From assembly GCA_030390025.1 (NCBI GenBank), contig CM059449.1, forward strand, positions 2,356,001 through 2,420,000: DNA of 64,000 nt. The letters are read 5' to 3'. This stretch comes from Squalus acanthias. Taxonomy: Eukaryota. The notes under the pieces were generated by a model. That model was not told the DNA's origin. It saw only the letters and a list, made by a program, of their open reading frames with translations, and made no database searches. Positions 49,201 to 61,606 of the stretch are shown here, piece after piece. A program made the translations under genes and the position numbers. Positions within the stretch are counted from its first letter, which is position 1, and the number at the start of each line of letters is the position of its first letter.

Positions 49201-52200
49201 ATTTGTAGTTTATTGTGAAAGTCAATGGATTATTCCACTGAAATAAACATTATTTTCTCTGGTAAACCTTAACATTCTGTTCAGCGAAGAGAGGAGTGAA
49301 TCTGTCTGGATATGGTAGCCTGGTGTTTATGTACTGGTCTGGTAACCGGAGGTTGAGAGTTCAAATCCCCCACCACCCCCACCCCCCCCCCCTCTCCATG
49401 ACAGTTATTGAAACTGAATTCAATAAATCTATTAATTTGTGGGCCAGGACCAGAAAAAAAGTGATCACCACTGACATTTACCCCTCATTTCCTGGCACCG
49501 TGTGTTGTTGTAAAAGCAAATAGTCTTCAGGGAAGAGAATCTGTCACTCAGACCTGCACTGGCCTAGATGTGGCTTCAGTCACAACACAGTGACTCTTAA
49601 CATCCTCAGCAAAACTGAAGATTTCCGTTAGACAGTAGCTTCAATCTTAGTGATAATTCACTGAGAACTTCACATCTGAACAGTATAGAGGCAACTCTGC
49701 CACAGAATACCAAAATGTGACGGTATTTTACGCTAGCTTCAGTCTGGTTATTTTCGAGCATGTGTACGTCCCACTGCAATTATCACAATTTAGATCCATT
49801 ACCACATCTGTACCAACTGATGGCAGAGGTCAAGACCGTATTTATCCAATAGATGTATTGGTAGAATAAAATAATATGCAGCTTATTTTCCATATTTGTA
49901 GTGTCTGGGAGTCAACCTGAGATCCATGTTGAAGGATTCCATGAGCGAGAGGGGAGTCTTGTGTGTAAATCCAGTTGATGGTACCCGGCCCCTGAGGTAT
50001 CCTGGAGATACACAGATGGACCGAACATTTCTGCACCGTCTAAAACCCTGAATACTGCAGAGTCCAGCGGAGCTGTCACTATCGAAAGTCACATCAACAT
50101 CACAAAGGATCTTGGGGAAAGCTACTCCTGTCTGATAAGGAACAGATTGCTCTTCGAGGAAAGAGAAGGGATTATTGAGATAGCAGGTCAGTGACGAGCC
50201 CTCCTGAACAGAGGGTTGATGACATATTTATGAAATATTCACATGAACACATTCATCAGTCTGATAGATTTATTGTTTGACATGTCAATGGTATCTTAGT
50301 TCTACAACAAATAAGTTTGTTTGTTTATTTACAGATGAGTTTTTCCCTCAGGAGATGGGAGTTTCAGGATGGAGTGTGGCTTTCTGGAAACTCACGGTTC
50401 TCACTGCTATTCTAATAATTGCAGCTCTCCTCTACTGGTTAGAACGATGGAACGGTGTTTTCTATACATGGAAAGAATTGAAAGGTAACATCTTACAAAA
50501 AATGTTTAAAATCTTGCATTGTGTAAACACTGAAATATACAGAGAATAATTTTTTATAATTGTCCAGAATAAGATGATCCATAATCTCGCAGTAACAGTG
50601 ATTTAATATCACTGCATTCCATTTCACTAAAGTACGTCACAGTACAAACCATCACTTACTGATCCGGGATTGGGAAAGCCTGCATTCGGCTCCAGAACTC
50701 TGAATTGCTGTTCCATATTCCAGTGGAGTTTCACAGTCTCTCTGTGCTGGATACCTCCAGCTCTACCTGTTTCACGCCACCTAACACAGGAAAAAATCCT
50801 TACATGTGAACTTACAACAGGTTACATTTTAGATACACGTTTTCCATCATTTTGAAAAACTGATGCTTGCTGCACTAGAAATGCATTGAACAGAAACAGC
50901 CCTGAAATTGCGGTCAGTGACATTAGGAGGAATGGATAACCGTGTCATATGTAATTCCTTCGTTTGCTGTTTCAATTAAATTTAAACATATTTATTTAAG
51001 ACTACTCAGTCTCCCGCGGGCATGCCACACGTGAAGTCAAAACCAAAAGAAATCTTCAGGTGGAGCGGGATTGGAGGGTCGCGGGGATCGTGTAGTAAGT
51101 AATCAAACCAGGGCTTGTAGATGAATCATAGAATGGTTACAGGACAGAAGGAGGCCATTCGGCCCGTCAAGCCTGTGCTGGCTCTCTGCTAGAGCACTTC
51201 AGCTAGTCCCACTCCCCCGCCCTTTCCCCATAGCCCTGCAAATTCTTTTCCTTCAGGTACTTATCCAACTCCCTTTTGAAAGCCACGATTGAGTCTGCCT
51301 CCACCACCCTTTCAGGCAGTGCATTCCAGATCATAATCACTCGCTGTGCAAAAAAGGTATTTCCTCATGTCGCCTTTGGTTCTTTTGCAAATCACCTTAA
51401 AACTGTGCCCTCTGGTTCTCGACCATTCCGCCAATGGGAACGGTTTCTCTCTATCTACTCTGTCTAGACCCCTCATGATTTTGAACTCCTCCATCAAATC
51501 TCCTCTCAACCTTCTCTGCTCTAAGGAGAAGAACCCCAGCTTCTCTAGTCTATCCACGTAACTGAAGTCCCTCATCCCTGGAATCATTCTCGTAAATCTT
51601 TTCTGCACCCTCACTGAGGCCTTCACCGAGGACGCGCTGAAAGTTCGCTTTGGCAATATTAAGGGCCATCTTGCAGGCAGCCTCATCACCAATGCCTGCG
51701 CTGTCAGTCATCTGCAAGAGGAGACAAGTTAGAGACCGTTCTAACCCTCTACACAGCAGTTTAAATTAGTTACTGTGGAAGTTCACAGGATAGAGAGCTG
51801 GATGTTGCTTCACTCCCAGTCTCCAGCCCCACTTCGAAGGGGAAATGGTTTATCCATCACGTTTTATACTATCCCACCCCAGCAAAGGCTTTGGGCCCAG
51901 AAAACATTCCGGCTGTCCTTCTGAGGACTTGTGCTCCGGAACTAGCTGCGCCTCCAGCCAAGCTGGTCCAGTACAGCTGCAACACTGGCATCTGTCTGAA
52001 AATGTGGAAAACTGCCCAGGTATGTTCTGTCCACAAAAAGCAGGACAAATCCAATCCGGCCAATTACCTCCCCATCAGTCTACTCTCAATCAATGTAAGG
52101 TGTCATCAATAGTGCTATCAAGTGCCACTTACTCACCAATAATCTGCTCACCGATGCCCAGTTTTCTGTTACGCCAGGACCACTCGGCTCCAGACCGCAT

Positions 52201-55200
52201 TACAGCCTTGGTCCAAACATGGACAAAATAGCTGAATTCCAGAGGTGAGGTTAGAGTGACTGCCCTTGACATCAAGGCAGCATTTGACCGAGTGTGGCTT
52301 CAAGGAGCCTGAGTAAAACTGAAGTCAATGGGTATCGGGGAAAACTCTCCACTGGCTGGAGTCATACCTCGCACAAAGGAAGATGGTTGTGGTTGTTGGA
52401 GGCCGATCATCGCAGCCCCAGGACATCACTGCCGGAGTTCCTCAGGGCAGTGTCCTCGGCCCATCCATCTTCAGCTGCTTCATCAATGACCTTCTCTCCA
52501 TCATAAGGTCAGAAGTGGGAATGTTTGCTGATGATTGCACAGTGTTCAGTTCTATTCGCAACTCCTCAGATAATGAAGCAGTCCATGCCCGCATGCAGCA
52601 AGTCCTGGACCACATTCAGGCTTGGGCTGATCAGTGGCAGGTAACATTTGTGGCACACAATGGCCAGGCAATGACTATCTCCAACAAGAGGCAGTCTAAC
52701 CACCGCCCCTTGACATTCAACGGCATTACCATCGCCGAATCTCCCACCATCAACATCCTGGGGGTCTCACCATTGACCAGAAACTTAACTGGACCAGCCA
52801 CTTAAATACTGTAGCTGCAAGAGCAGGTCAGAGGCTGGGGATTCTGCAACAAGTGTCTCACGTACTGACTCCCCAAAGCCTTTCCACCATCTACAAGGCA
52901 CAAGTCAGAAGTGTAATGGAATATGCTCCACTTGCTTGGATGAGTGCAGCTTCAACAACACTCAGAAGCTCAACACCATCCAGGACAAAGCAGCCCGCTT
53001 GATTGGCACCCCATCCACCACCTTAAACATTCACTCCCTCCACCACCGGCGTACCGTGGCTGCAGTGTGTACCATCTACAAGATGCACTGCAGCAACTCG
53101 CCAAGGCTTCTTCGGCAGCACCTCCCAAACCCGCGACCTCTACCACCTAGAAGGACAAGGGCAGCAGGTGCATAGGAACACCACCAGACTCCAAGTCACA
53201 CACCATCCTGACTTGGAAATATATCGCCGATCCTTCATCGTCGCTGGGTCAAAATCCTGGAACTCCCTCCCTAACAGCACTGTGGGAGCACCTTCACCAC
53301 ACAGACTGCGGTGGTTCAAGAAGGCTGCTCACCACCACCTTCTGAATGAATAAAAAAACATCTTGAGGCTCCATTGGTGCAGTTTCGCTCATTGATTGCA
53401 CTGATTCATGGATGATTTTAGGTTCAGGATTATGATAATTAGGTTTGCGCGGCCATTTGGGCGGAATTCCACCTTGACCATTTTGGGTTCAATTTCCTGA
53501 TTGCGAACACGCAGAAGCCCTTGAGTCTTCACTTAAACTTTATCTGGGCCAACACCACCCAAACCAGATTGAACTGGTTATTCATTTTGTTTCTCTCGGT
53601 GGGATCATACTGTGCATAATATGGCTGACGTTGCTTACATAACGGTCACTGCACTTCAAACAGTAATTGTTCGGATGTGGTGCGTGTTTGGGACATCCTG
53701 AGAATGTGATCAGTCACTATACAACAACAACAACAACTTGTATTTATACAGCACCTCTAACATAGTAAAATGCCCCAAGGTGCTTCACAGGAGTGTTATC
53801 AGACAAAATGTGACACTGAGGCACATGAGATATTAGGACAGGTAACCAAAAGCTTAGTCAAAGAGGTTTCAAGTAGCGTCTTCAAGGAGAAGAGAGAGGT
53901 AGAGAGGTATAGGGAGGGAATTCCAGAGCTAAGGCCCCAGGCAGCTGAAGGCACGGCCGCCAATGGTGGAGTGATTAAAATCGGGGCTGCGAAGGAGGCC
54001 AGAATTGGAGGAATGTAGAGATCTCGGAGGGTTGTAGTGCTGGAGGAGGTTACAGAGATGGGGGCGTGGGGGGTGGGGTGTGAGGCCATGGAAGGATTTG
54101 AAGATAAACATAAGAACATAAGAACATAAGAACATAAGAAATAGGAGCAGGAGTAGGCCAATCGGCCCCTCGAGCCTGCTCCGCCATTCAATAAGATCAT
54201 GGCTGATCTGATCCTAACCGCCAATCTACTATCTATCACAGAACCATCTCCTGAATCTAACAGAATTGCACACACGAAATAGGAGCAGAATCAGGCTACA
54301 CAGTCCCTGGGCCCGCTCCACTACCCACAGGGCCATGACCGATCCGAACCTAGACTCATGTCCAAATTCCTGCCCGCTCCCCGTAACCCTTAATGCCCTT
54401 TACTTCTAGGAAACTGTCTATTTCTGTTTTAAATTTAATTAATGTTGTAGCTTCTACAGCTTTTTGTGGCAGCATATTCCATGGACCTACCACCCTCTGA
54501 GTGAAGTAGTTCCTCCTCATCTCAGTTTTGAAAGAGCAGCCCCTTATTCTAAGACTATGTCCCCTAGTTCTCGTCTCACCCGTCATCGGGAACATCCTCC
54601 CCGCATCCACCCGATCCAACCCCTTCACAATCTTATATGTTTCAATAAGATCGCCTCTCATTCTTCTGAACTCCAATGAGTAGAGTCCCGATCTACCCAA
54701 CCTCTCCTCATATGACCACCCCCTCATCCCCGGGATTAACCGAGTGAACCTTTTTTGCACTGCTTCGAGAGCAAGGATGTCTTTCCTTAAGTAAGGACAC
54801 CAAAACTGTATGCAGTATTCCAGGTGCGGTCTCACCAATACCTTGTACAACTGAAGCAATACCTCCCTATTTTTATATTCTATCCCCCTAGCAATGAAAG
54901 CCAACATTCCATTTGCCTTCTTAATCACTTGCTGCACCTGCATACTAACCTTTTGAGTTTCGTGCACAAGGACCCCCAGATCCCTTTGCACTTCAGTACT
55001 CTCCAGTTTCTTGCCATTAAGATAATAAATTGCTCTAGGATTTTTCCTGCCAAAGTGCATCACCTCACACTTTCCAGTGTTGTATTCCATCTGCCAAATC
55101 TCTGCCCACTTACTTAGCCTGTCTATGTCCCCTTGCAGGTTTTTTATGTCCTCCTCACTCACTACTTTCCCTCCCATCTTTGTATCATCTGCAAATTTTG

Positions 55201-58200
55201 ATATGTTACACTTGGTCCCTTCCTCCAAATCGTTAATATAGATTGTGAAGAGTTGGGGACCCAGCACTGACCCCTGTGGAACACCACTAGTTACTGATTG
55301 CCAGTCTGAGAATGAACCATTTATCCCAACTCTTTGCTTTCTGTTAGATAGCCAATCCTCTATCCATGCCAGAATATTACCCCCAATCCCGTGATTTTTT
55401 ACCTTAAGCAATAATCTTTTGTGTGGCACCTTGTCAAATGCCTTTTGGAAGTCTAAATACACTACGTCCACTGGTTCCCCTTTATCCACTCTATATGTTA
55501 CTTCCTCAAAGAACTCCAGCAAATTTGTCAAACATGACTTCCCCTTCGTAAAACCATGCTGACTTTGTCCTATTAAATTATGATTATCCAAATGTCCTGT
55601 TACTGTTTCCTTAATAATGGACTCCAAAATTTTACCTACCACAGATGTTAGGCTAACCGGTCTATAGTTACCAGCCTTCTGTCTACTGCCCTTTTTAAAT
55701 AAGGGTGTTACATTAGCAGTTTTCCAGTCTGCCGGGACCTTAGCGGAATCCAGGGAGTTTTGAAAAATTATTACCAATGCATCTACAATCCCTACCGCCA
55801 CTTCCTTCAAGACTCTAGGATGTAAGCCATCAGGTCCAGGTGATTTATCCGCCTTGAGTCCCATTATTTTACCGATGTAAAAGGATGTGAATTTTAAAAT
55901 TGAGGTGTTGCCAGGCCGGGAGCCAATGTAGGTCAGCGAGCGCAGGGGTGATGGGTGAACGGGACTTGGTGCGAAGTTAGGACACGGGCAGCAGAGTTTT
56001 GGATGAGCTCAAGTTTACAGAGGGTGGGAGATGGGAGGCCGGCCAGGAGTGTGTTGGAATAGTCAGGTCTGGAGGTAACAAAGGCATGGACTTAGGGTTT
56101 CAGCAGCCTATGAGCTGAGGCTGGGGCTGGAGAAGGGCGATGTGATCACTCGCTATATAAAGACAAGTCTTCCTTTGTCCTATCCAAACACTGTCTGCTG
56201 TCTGAATTTGATTCTTCTCTTTAACTCATTAATGAAAGTTATTCCAAGTCCCTTGAAAATCACTGAGACCAGTCAGGAAACTGGAGGTTCTTTCTAATGA
56301 AAATCTATTCTCTTCCAGATCTGCAGGAGCAGCTAATACTCTCAGGTAAGAAGAGTTGTGAGAAAATCTCAGCTGTGGTTCCACGGCCCCTCCATGAAGT
56401 GTGTAATTATTGAAAGGGATGATGTCCAGTATCAGTGTAGCTGGACTGTATTTTGTCGATAAGTATTGTGATGAATTCTGGTGATATTTATCTGCTCTGT
56501 GTGATGTCTCCGCTGAACAGCAGCTGTGCTGTAAGTTTTCCCGAAGGTTTTTACGCAGGGTCACATACCATGAGCTGCTCCCTCCTGATCCACAATTACT
56601 GTGCGACCTCGTTCCCACAGAATGGTCTTACTGACGGAGATAAGCATCTTCTCACAGTGAGTGGATCCGGCTTCTTTAAGGTTCCTGTCTAGAAGTGGAC
56701 AGTCCCGAGTGTGGTGGATCCTGTGTGATGTGCAGCTCTCAGTGAGATATGTCAGTGGTGTCCGGGTCACTGTAAATAAATGGCAATCATTGTGTCGCCC
56801 GGTTCTGTGATCCATTTAAGCTCGGTATTTACACTTTATTATGTGACGGCGCCATTGATGTTATTTTAATCTGTTTTTCAGAGTGGAAGGAGATTACGAT
56901 GTTTCCAGGTGAGACACTTCAGATCCTGGGGCTGTGCCGGTTTCTATCTTGTGAAGTTCAGGTTCTGGTCTGTGCAGAGTGTTTAACATTCGTGGGGGAG
57001 CCCTGTCAATAATGAAAACGAGAGGTCGCACAACACCAGGTTATAGTCCAACAGTTTTATTTGAAATCACAAGCTTTCGGAGCTATCGCTCCTTCCTCAG
57101 GTGAAGTGCACCCCAGTCCAACACCGGCATCTCCGAATAATGAAAACATCAGCATTTCCACAAGTCCTGTCTGAAACACCGTCTGTCTATAAATACTGCA
57201 GTGAGTGAGAGGGGACTGTGCCACAGGGTCAGGGTGGTAACTCATTCCCGACAGAGCTGTTGTCTGTTTCTCCCTGTAACAGCACATGCCATTGATATTA
57301 ATATAAAGATTAATCTCTTTCTTAATTCTAAGGCATAGCCTGAGGTCACACAATCCAGCTGGGGGTCAGGCCCGGCAGATTCAGTGAACATACGAATTAG
57401 GAACAGGAGTCGGCCACTCAGCCCCTCGAGCCTGCTCCGCCATTCAATAAGATCATGGCTTATCTGATTACTCCACATTCCCGCCTACCCCAGATAACTT
57501 TTCACCCTCTTGCTTACCAAGAATCTATCTACCTCTGCCTGAAAAATATTCAAAGACTCTGCTTCCACCGCCCTCTGAGGAAGAGAGTTCCAAAGACTCA
57601 CGACCCTCTGAGAAAAAATTTCTCCTCATCTCTGTCTTAAATGGGCGACCCCTTATTTTTAAACAGTGACCCCTAGTTCTTGATTCTCCCACAAGAGAAA
57701 ACATCCTCTCCACATCCACCCTGTCAAGACCCCTCAGGGTCTTGTATGTTTCAATCAAGTCACCTCTTACTCTTCTGAACTCCAGCAGATACAAGCCTAG
57801 CCTGTCCAACGTTTCCTCATAAGACAACCCGCCCATTCCAGGTATTAGTCGAGTAAACCTTCTCTGAACTGCTTCCAGTGCATTTACATCCTTCCTTAAA
57901 TAAGGAGACCAATACTGTACACAGTACTCCAGATGTGGTCTCACCAATGCCCTGTATAATTGAAGCATAACCTCCCTACTTTTGTATTCAATTCCCCTCA
58001 CAATAAATGATAACATTCTATTAGCTTTCCTAATTACTTGCTGTACCTGCATACTAACCTATTGTGATTCATGCACTCGGACACCCAGATCCCTCTGCAA
58101 CTCAGAGCTCTGTAATCTCTCACCTTTTAGATAATATGCTTTTTTATTCTTCCTGCCAAAATGGACAATTTCACATTGTCCCACATTATTCTCCATTTGC

Positions 58201-61200
58201 CAGATCTTTGCCCACTCACTTATCCTATCTATATCCCTTTGTAGCCTCCTTATGTCCTCTTCACAATTTACTTTCCTACCTATCTTTGTGTCATCAGCAA
58301 ATTTAGCAACCATACCTTTGGTCCCTTCATCCAAGTCATTTATATACATTGTAAGAAGTTGAGGCTCCAGCACTGGTTCCTGTGGCACACCACTCGTTAC
58401 ATCTTGCCAACCAGTAAATGACCCATTTATGCCTACTCTCTGTTTCCTGTCAGCTAGCCAATCTTCTATCCATGCCAATATGTTACCCCCTACACCATGA
58501 GCTTTTATTTTCCACAATAACCTTTGATGTGGCACCTTATCAAATACCTTTTGGAAATCTAAGTACAGTACATCCACTGGTCCCCCTTTATCCATAGCAC
58601 ATGTTACTTCCTCAAAGAACTCCAATAAATTGGTTAAACATGATTTCCCTTTCACAAAACCATGTTGACTCAGCCTGATTACCTTGAACTTTTCTAAGTG
58701 CCCTGCTATACCGTCTTTAATAATAGCTTCTAACATCTTCCCTTTGACAGATGTTAAACTAACTGGCCTGAAGTTTCCTGCCTTCTGTCTCTCTTTCCCC
58801 GCCCCCCCGCCTCCTTTTTTGAATAAAGGAGTTACATTTGCTATTTTCCAATCTAATGGAACCTTCTCCGAATCTAGGGAATTTTGGAAAATTAAAACCA
58901 ACGCATCAACTATCTCACTAGCCACTTCTTTTAAGACCCTAGAATGAAGTTCATCAGGACCCGGGGACTTGTCAGCCCGCAGCTCCAGCTATTTGCTCAG
59001 TACCACTTCCCTGGTAATTGTAGTTTTCTTGAGTTCCTCCCTCCCTTCCATTTCCTGATTTACAGCTATTTCTGAGATGTTACTTGTATCCTCTATCGTG
59101 AAGACCGATGCAAAATATCTGTTCAATTCAACTGCCATCTCCATATTTTCCATTATTAATTCCCTAGACTCACTTTCTATAGGACCAATGCTCACTTTGT
59201 TAACTCTTTTCTTTTTTCAATATCTATAGAAACTCTTACTATCTGTTTTTATATTTCTAGCTAGCTTTCTCTCGTACTCTAATTTTTCTCTCCTTATTAA
59301 TCTTTTAGTCATTCTTTGCTGTTTTATATATTCTGTCCAATCTTCTGACCTGCCACCCATCTTTGCGCAATTATATGCTTTTTCTTTAAGTTTGACACTA
59401 TCTTTAACTTTTTTAGTTAACTACGGATGGTGGGTCCTCCCCTTGGAATTTTTCTTCCTCGTTGGAATGTATCTATTCTGTGTATTCTGAAATATCCCCT
59501 TAAATGTCTGCCACTGCATCTCTATTGACCTATCCCTGCTCCAGGCGTGGGCTGTTGGGCTTGAAGCTCCCTGTAGGGAGTTGGATGGACAGAGCCCCTG
59601 TCAGTGCCTGATAGTCAGAGTCCCAGGCTGCAGGTTCGGCTCACTCCTGCTCACACTGCAGTCACAGTGTCGGTATTGAGCTTTGACACTGTGATACTGT
59701 CTGAAATATGGGCCCAAAAATTAGTGCCGCTACGCGAGAGTACGCTCTGCGTACTCTCGCGTATTCTGTCTCCAATTGCCGGTTTTCTGCATGCACTGCG
59801 CATGCGCTGAAAACCGGCACTTGGTGAATGGAAAAGGGGGCGGGTCCTAGGTGAACCGCATGTGCGCTACAGGCTGCGCGCACGCTGTGCACTTAGTGAT
59901 TTCAACGCGCAGGTAAGTACGGAAGATTCTACACATAAAAAAAGGAGGAGTAAGACCCACTTTTAACAAGGTAAGTAGTGAATTAAGTATTATTTTGAAT
60001 TTTTTTTAACAGGTATATCTTTTTTAGAGACTTTAAAGACAGGTAAGTTTATTATAACTTTTTAAAAGATTTTAAATTTTTTCAAAAATTTAATTTTTTA
60101 TTTAAAATGGTTAATTTATTTAACTATACTTATTTTATTAATGTGATGGTTTTTAAAAAAAATTTAATTGAGGTTTAGCGGTTCTTTTGGGGGGCTATAG
60201 TATTCATAACTTTCACAGCACTTATGTGAAAGTTATGAATGGAAGATGGTGTGCTGCCATTGGCTCTAACTGAGTCACGTGATCCCACAGCTCGCACGAA
60301 TTAACTACGCCGGTGGAATACGCAAGCCCAGCACAGCAGCTGTCCAGAACATCAAGTTCGTGCAAGCTGGAACTGAAAAAGCCAACGCGCAGTGAGAGAT
60401 CGCGGGGAAGCCTTACCCTCGCACGAAGGCTTCCTCACGAATTTTTGGGCCATGATGGGGGAGGAAGTGACTGATAAACATTCAGAGTCACACAGCACCT
60501 GTAGGAAACGGGGTAAATAGCCGGATGTTTATATGATGGAGATGTTTAAAATCATCTGAGCATGTCCCTTGTGTGTGTGTATTTTCCTTGTCCCTTTCCT
60601 ACAATAATTGACTCTCAATCTGTTTGGAAGGGTGAGGGTCTGCTCCTGCTCGCGGGGTGGGGTTCAGGGTCAAAGCGGCTGAATGGGCCGATCCCCAGAC
60701 AGGAGAGAGACTGAGAGAAATGGTCTGAAAGTGATTATTGGACTGGGTCCGGTCCGTGTGTGACCTGCGGGTACACTGAGCCGGTCTGTACTGGGATTGC
60801 ACCGGGTGTGAATGTGGGGTTGGGTCTGTGTGTGACCTGCAGGTGCACTGATCCGGTCCGTACCGGGATTGCCCGGGTGTGAATGTGGAGTTTGGTCTAT
60901 TTGTGACCTGCAGGTACACTGAGCTGGTCTGTACCGGGATTGCACCGGGTGTGAATGTGGAGTTCGGTCTGTGTGTGACCTGCAGGTACACTGAGCCGGT
61001 CCGTACTGGGATTGCACCGGGTGTGAATGTGGGTCTGATCGGTTTTATATTTTTATTGCAGAACCTGTGACTCTGGATCCGGTCAAAGCGAATACCTGGC
61101 TCATCGTGTCTGAGGACCGGACCAGTGTGAGACTCAGAGACAAACGGCAGCCGCTCCCTGACACCCCGGAGAGGTTTGATTTCTGGCCCTGTGTCCTGGG

Positions 61201-61606
61201 ATCGGAGGGATTCACATCAGGGAAACACTACTGGGAGGTAGGGGTGGGGAACAAGACTCAGTGGTTTGTGGGAGTGGCCCGAGAGTCTGCCGGGAGGAAA
61301 GGGAGAATCAGACTGAGCCCTGAGAGCGGATACTGGGTTGTGGAGCTGAGACCTGGAAGTGTCTATGCTGCCGGCACCTCCCCCTCACGGACCCCCCTCA
61401 CCCCGATTGTGGATCCCCGGAAGATCGGGGTGTACCTGGACTGTGAGAGCAGACAGGTGTCATTTTACAATGCGGACAACATGTCCCATCTCCACACATT
61501 CACCCACACTTTCACTGAGAGAATCTTTCCCTTCTTCAATCCGGGATGGAATGACGGTGGGAAAAACTCCGCCCCCCTGACAATCTGCAGGGTTAAAGGT
61601 CACTAA
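43165..61606 (+). CDS. Butyrophilin-like gene C: exons 43165-43222 (leader), 43314-43655 (IgV), 49902-50186 (IgC, in-frame TGA), 50335-50484 (TM), [50761-50820 tentative], 56319-56345, 56882-56908, 61062-61606 (B30.2); pseudogene or IgC-skipping/secreted variant
   Basis: All exons phase 1 with canonical splice sites; only lesion is TGA 49976-49978; AATAAA 61679-61684. Confidence 0.85.
43314..43655 (+). CDS. Gene C IgV exon (BTN/MOG-type)
   Basis: [62 protein letters not shown]; 342 nt. Confidence 0.93.
45415..49090 (-). mobile_element. Older CR1 (minus), split by the younger CR1 at 46681-48111
   Basis: RT motifs on minus strand both sides ([10 protein letters not shown]; [10 protein letters not shown]). 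Confidence 0.8.
46681..48111 (+). mobile_element. Young 5'-truncated CR1, open RT frame (433 aa), same subfamily as 9892-13633
   Basis: ORF 46729..48030; tail ctctatgactctatg. Confidence 0.95.
49902..50186 (+). pseudogene. Gene C IgC exon with premature stop ([13 protein letters not shown])
   Basis: tttgtag|TGTCTGGG...ATAGCAG|gtcagt; TGA replaces the Gly of the BTN IgC GWYP motif; YSCLIRN follows. Confidence 0.88.
50335..50484 (+). CDS. Gene C transmembrane exon ([39 protein letters not shown]...)
   Basis: tttacag|ATGAG...TTGAAAG|gtaaca; 150 nt; homologous to gene B TM exon. Confidence 0.85.
51125..51615 (-). mobile_element. CR1 3' fragment
   Basis: [24 protein letters not shown]. Confidence 0.8.
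51870..53350 (+). mobile_element. Non-LTR retrotransposon RT, paralog of 810-2335
   Basis: [18 protein letters not shown]. Confidence 0.85.
54107..55875 (-). mobile_element. Young CR1 with open RT frame (502 aa), inserted in an L2 remnant only in copy 2
   Basis: ORF 54356..55864; (taagaaca)n tail; empty site at ~3200. Confidence 0.95.
56319..56345 (+). CDS. Gene C 27-nt linker exon (DLQEQLILS)
   Basis: ttccag|ATCTGCAGGAGCAGCTAATACTCTCAG|gtaaga. Confidence 0.8.
56882..56908 (+). CDS. Gene C 27-nt pre-B30.2 exon (EWKEITMFP)
   Basis: ttttcag|AGTGGAAGGAGATTACGATGTTTCCAG|gtgaga; similar to gene B EWKRITNSA. Confidence 0.85.
57020..57136 (-). mobile_element. Mini Penelope-like insertion with hammerhead (57067-57104, minus) and 12-bp TSD aataatgaaaac
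   Basis: Absent at paralogous site ~6115; minus strand tcac ctgagga a ggagc gata gctcc gaaa gctt gtga. Confidence 0.8.
57388..59535 (-). mobile_element. CR1 (RT region), copy-2-specific insertion
   Basis: ORFs 57525..58052, 58059..58925. Confidence 0.9.
59711..60451. mobile_element. MITE (PIF/Harbinger-like) with 16-bp TIRs and 3-bp TSD ATG
   Basis: ggcccaaaaattagtg / cacgaatttttgggcc; empty site aaatatgatgg at ~6550 in copy 1. Confidence 0.85.
60751..61035. repeat. 72-bp minisatellite x4 just upstream of gene C B30.2 acceptor
   Basis: Visible units. Confidence 0.85.
61062..61606 (+). CDS. Gene C B30.2 (PRY-SPRY) terminal exon, intact
   Basis: [40 protein letters not shown]. Confidence 0.93.

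Noticed and set aside
49976-49978. TGA as selenocysteine or programmed readthrough
   Set aside because: Aligned residue is Gly not Cys, context TGA-TGG is not a known readthrough motif, and no SECIS was recognised
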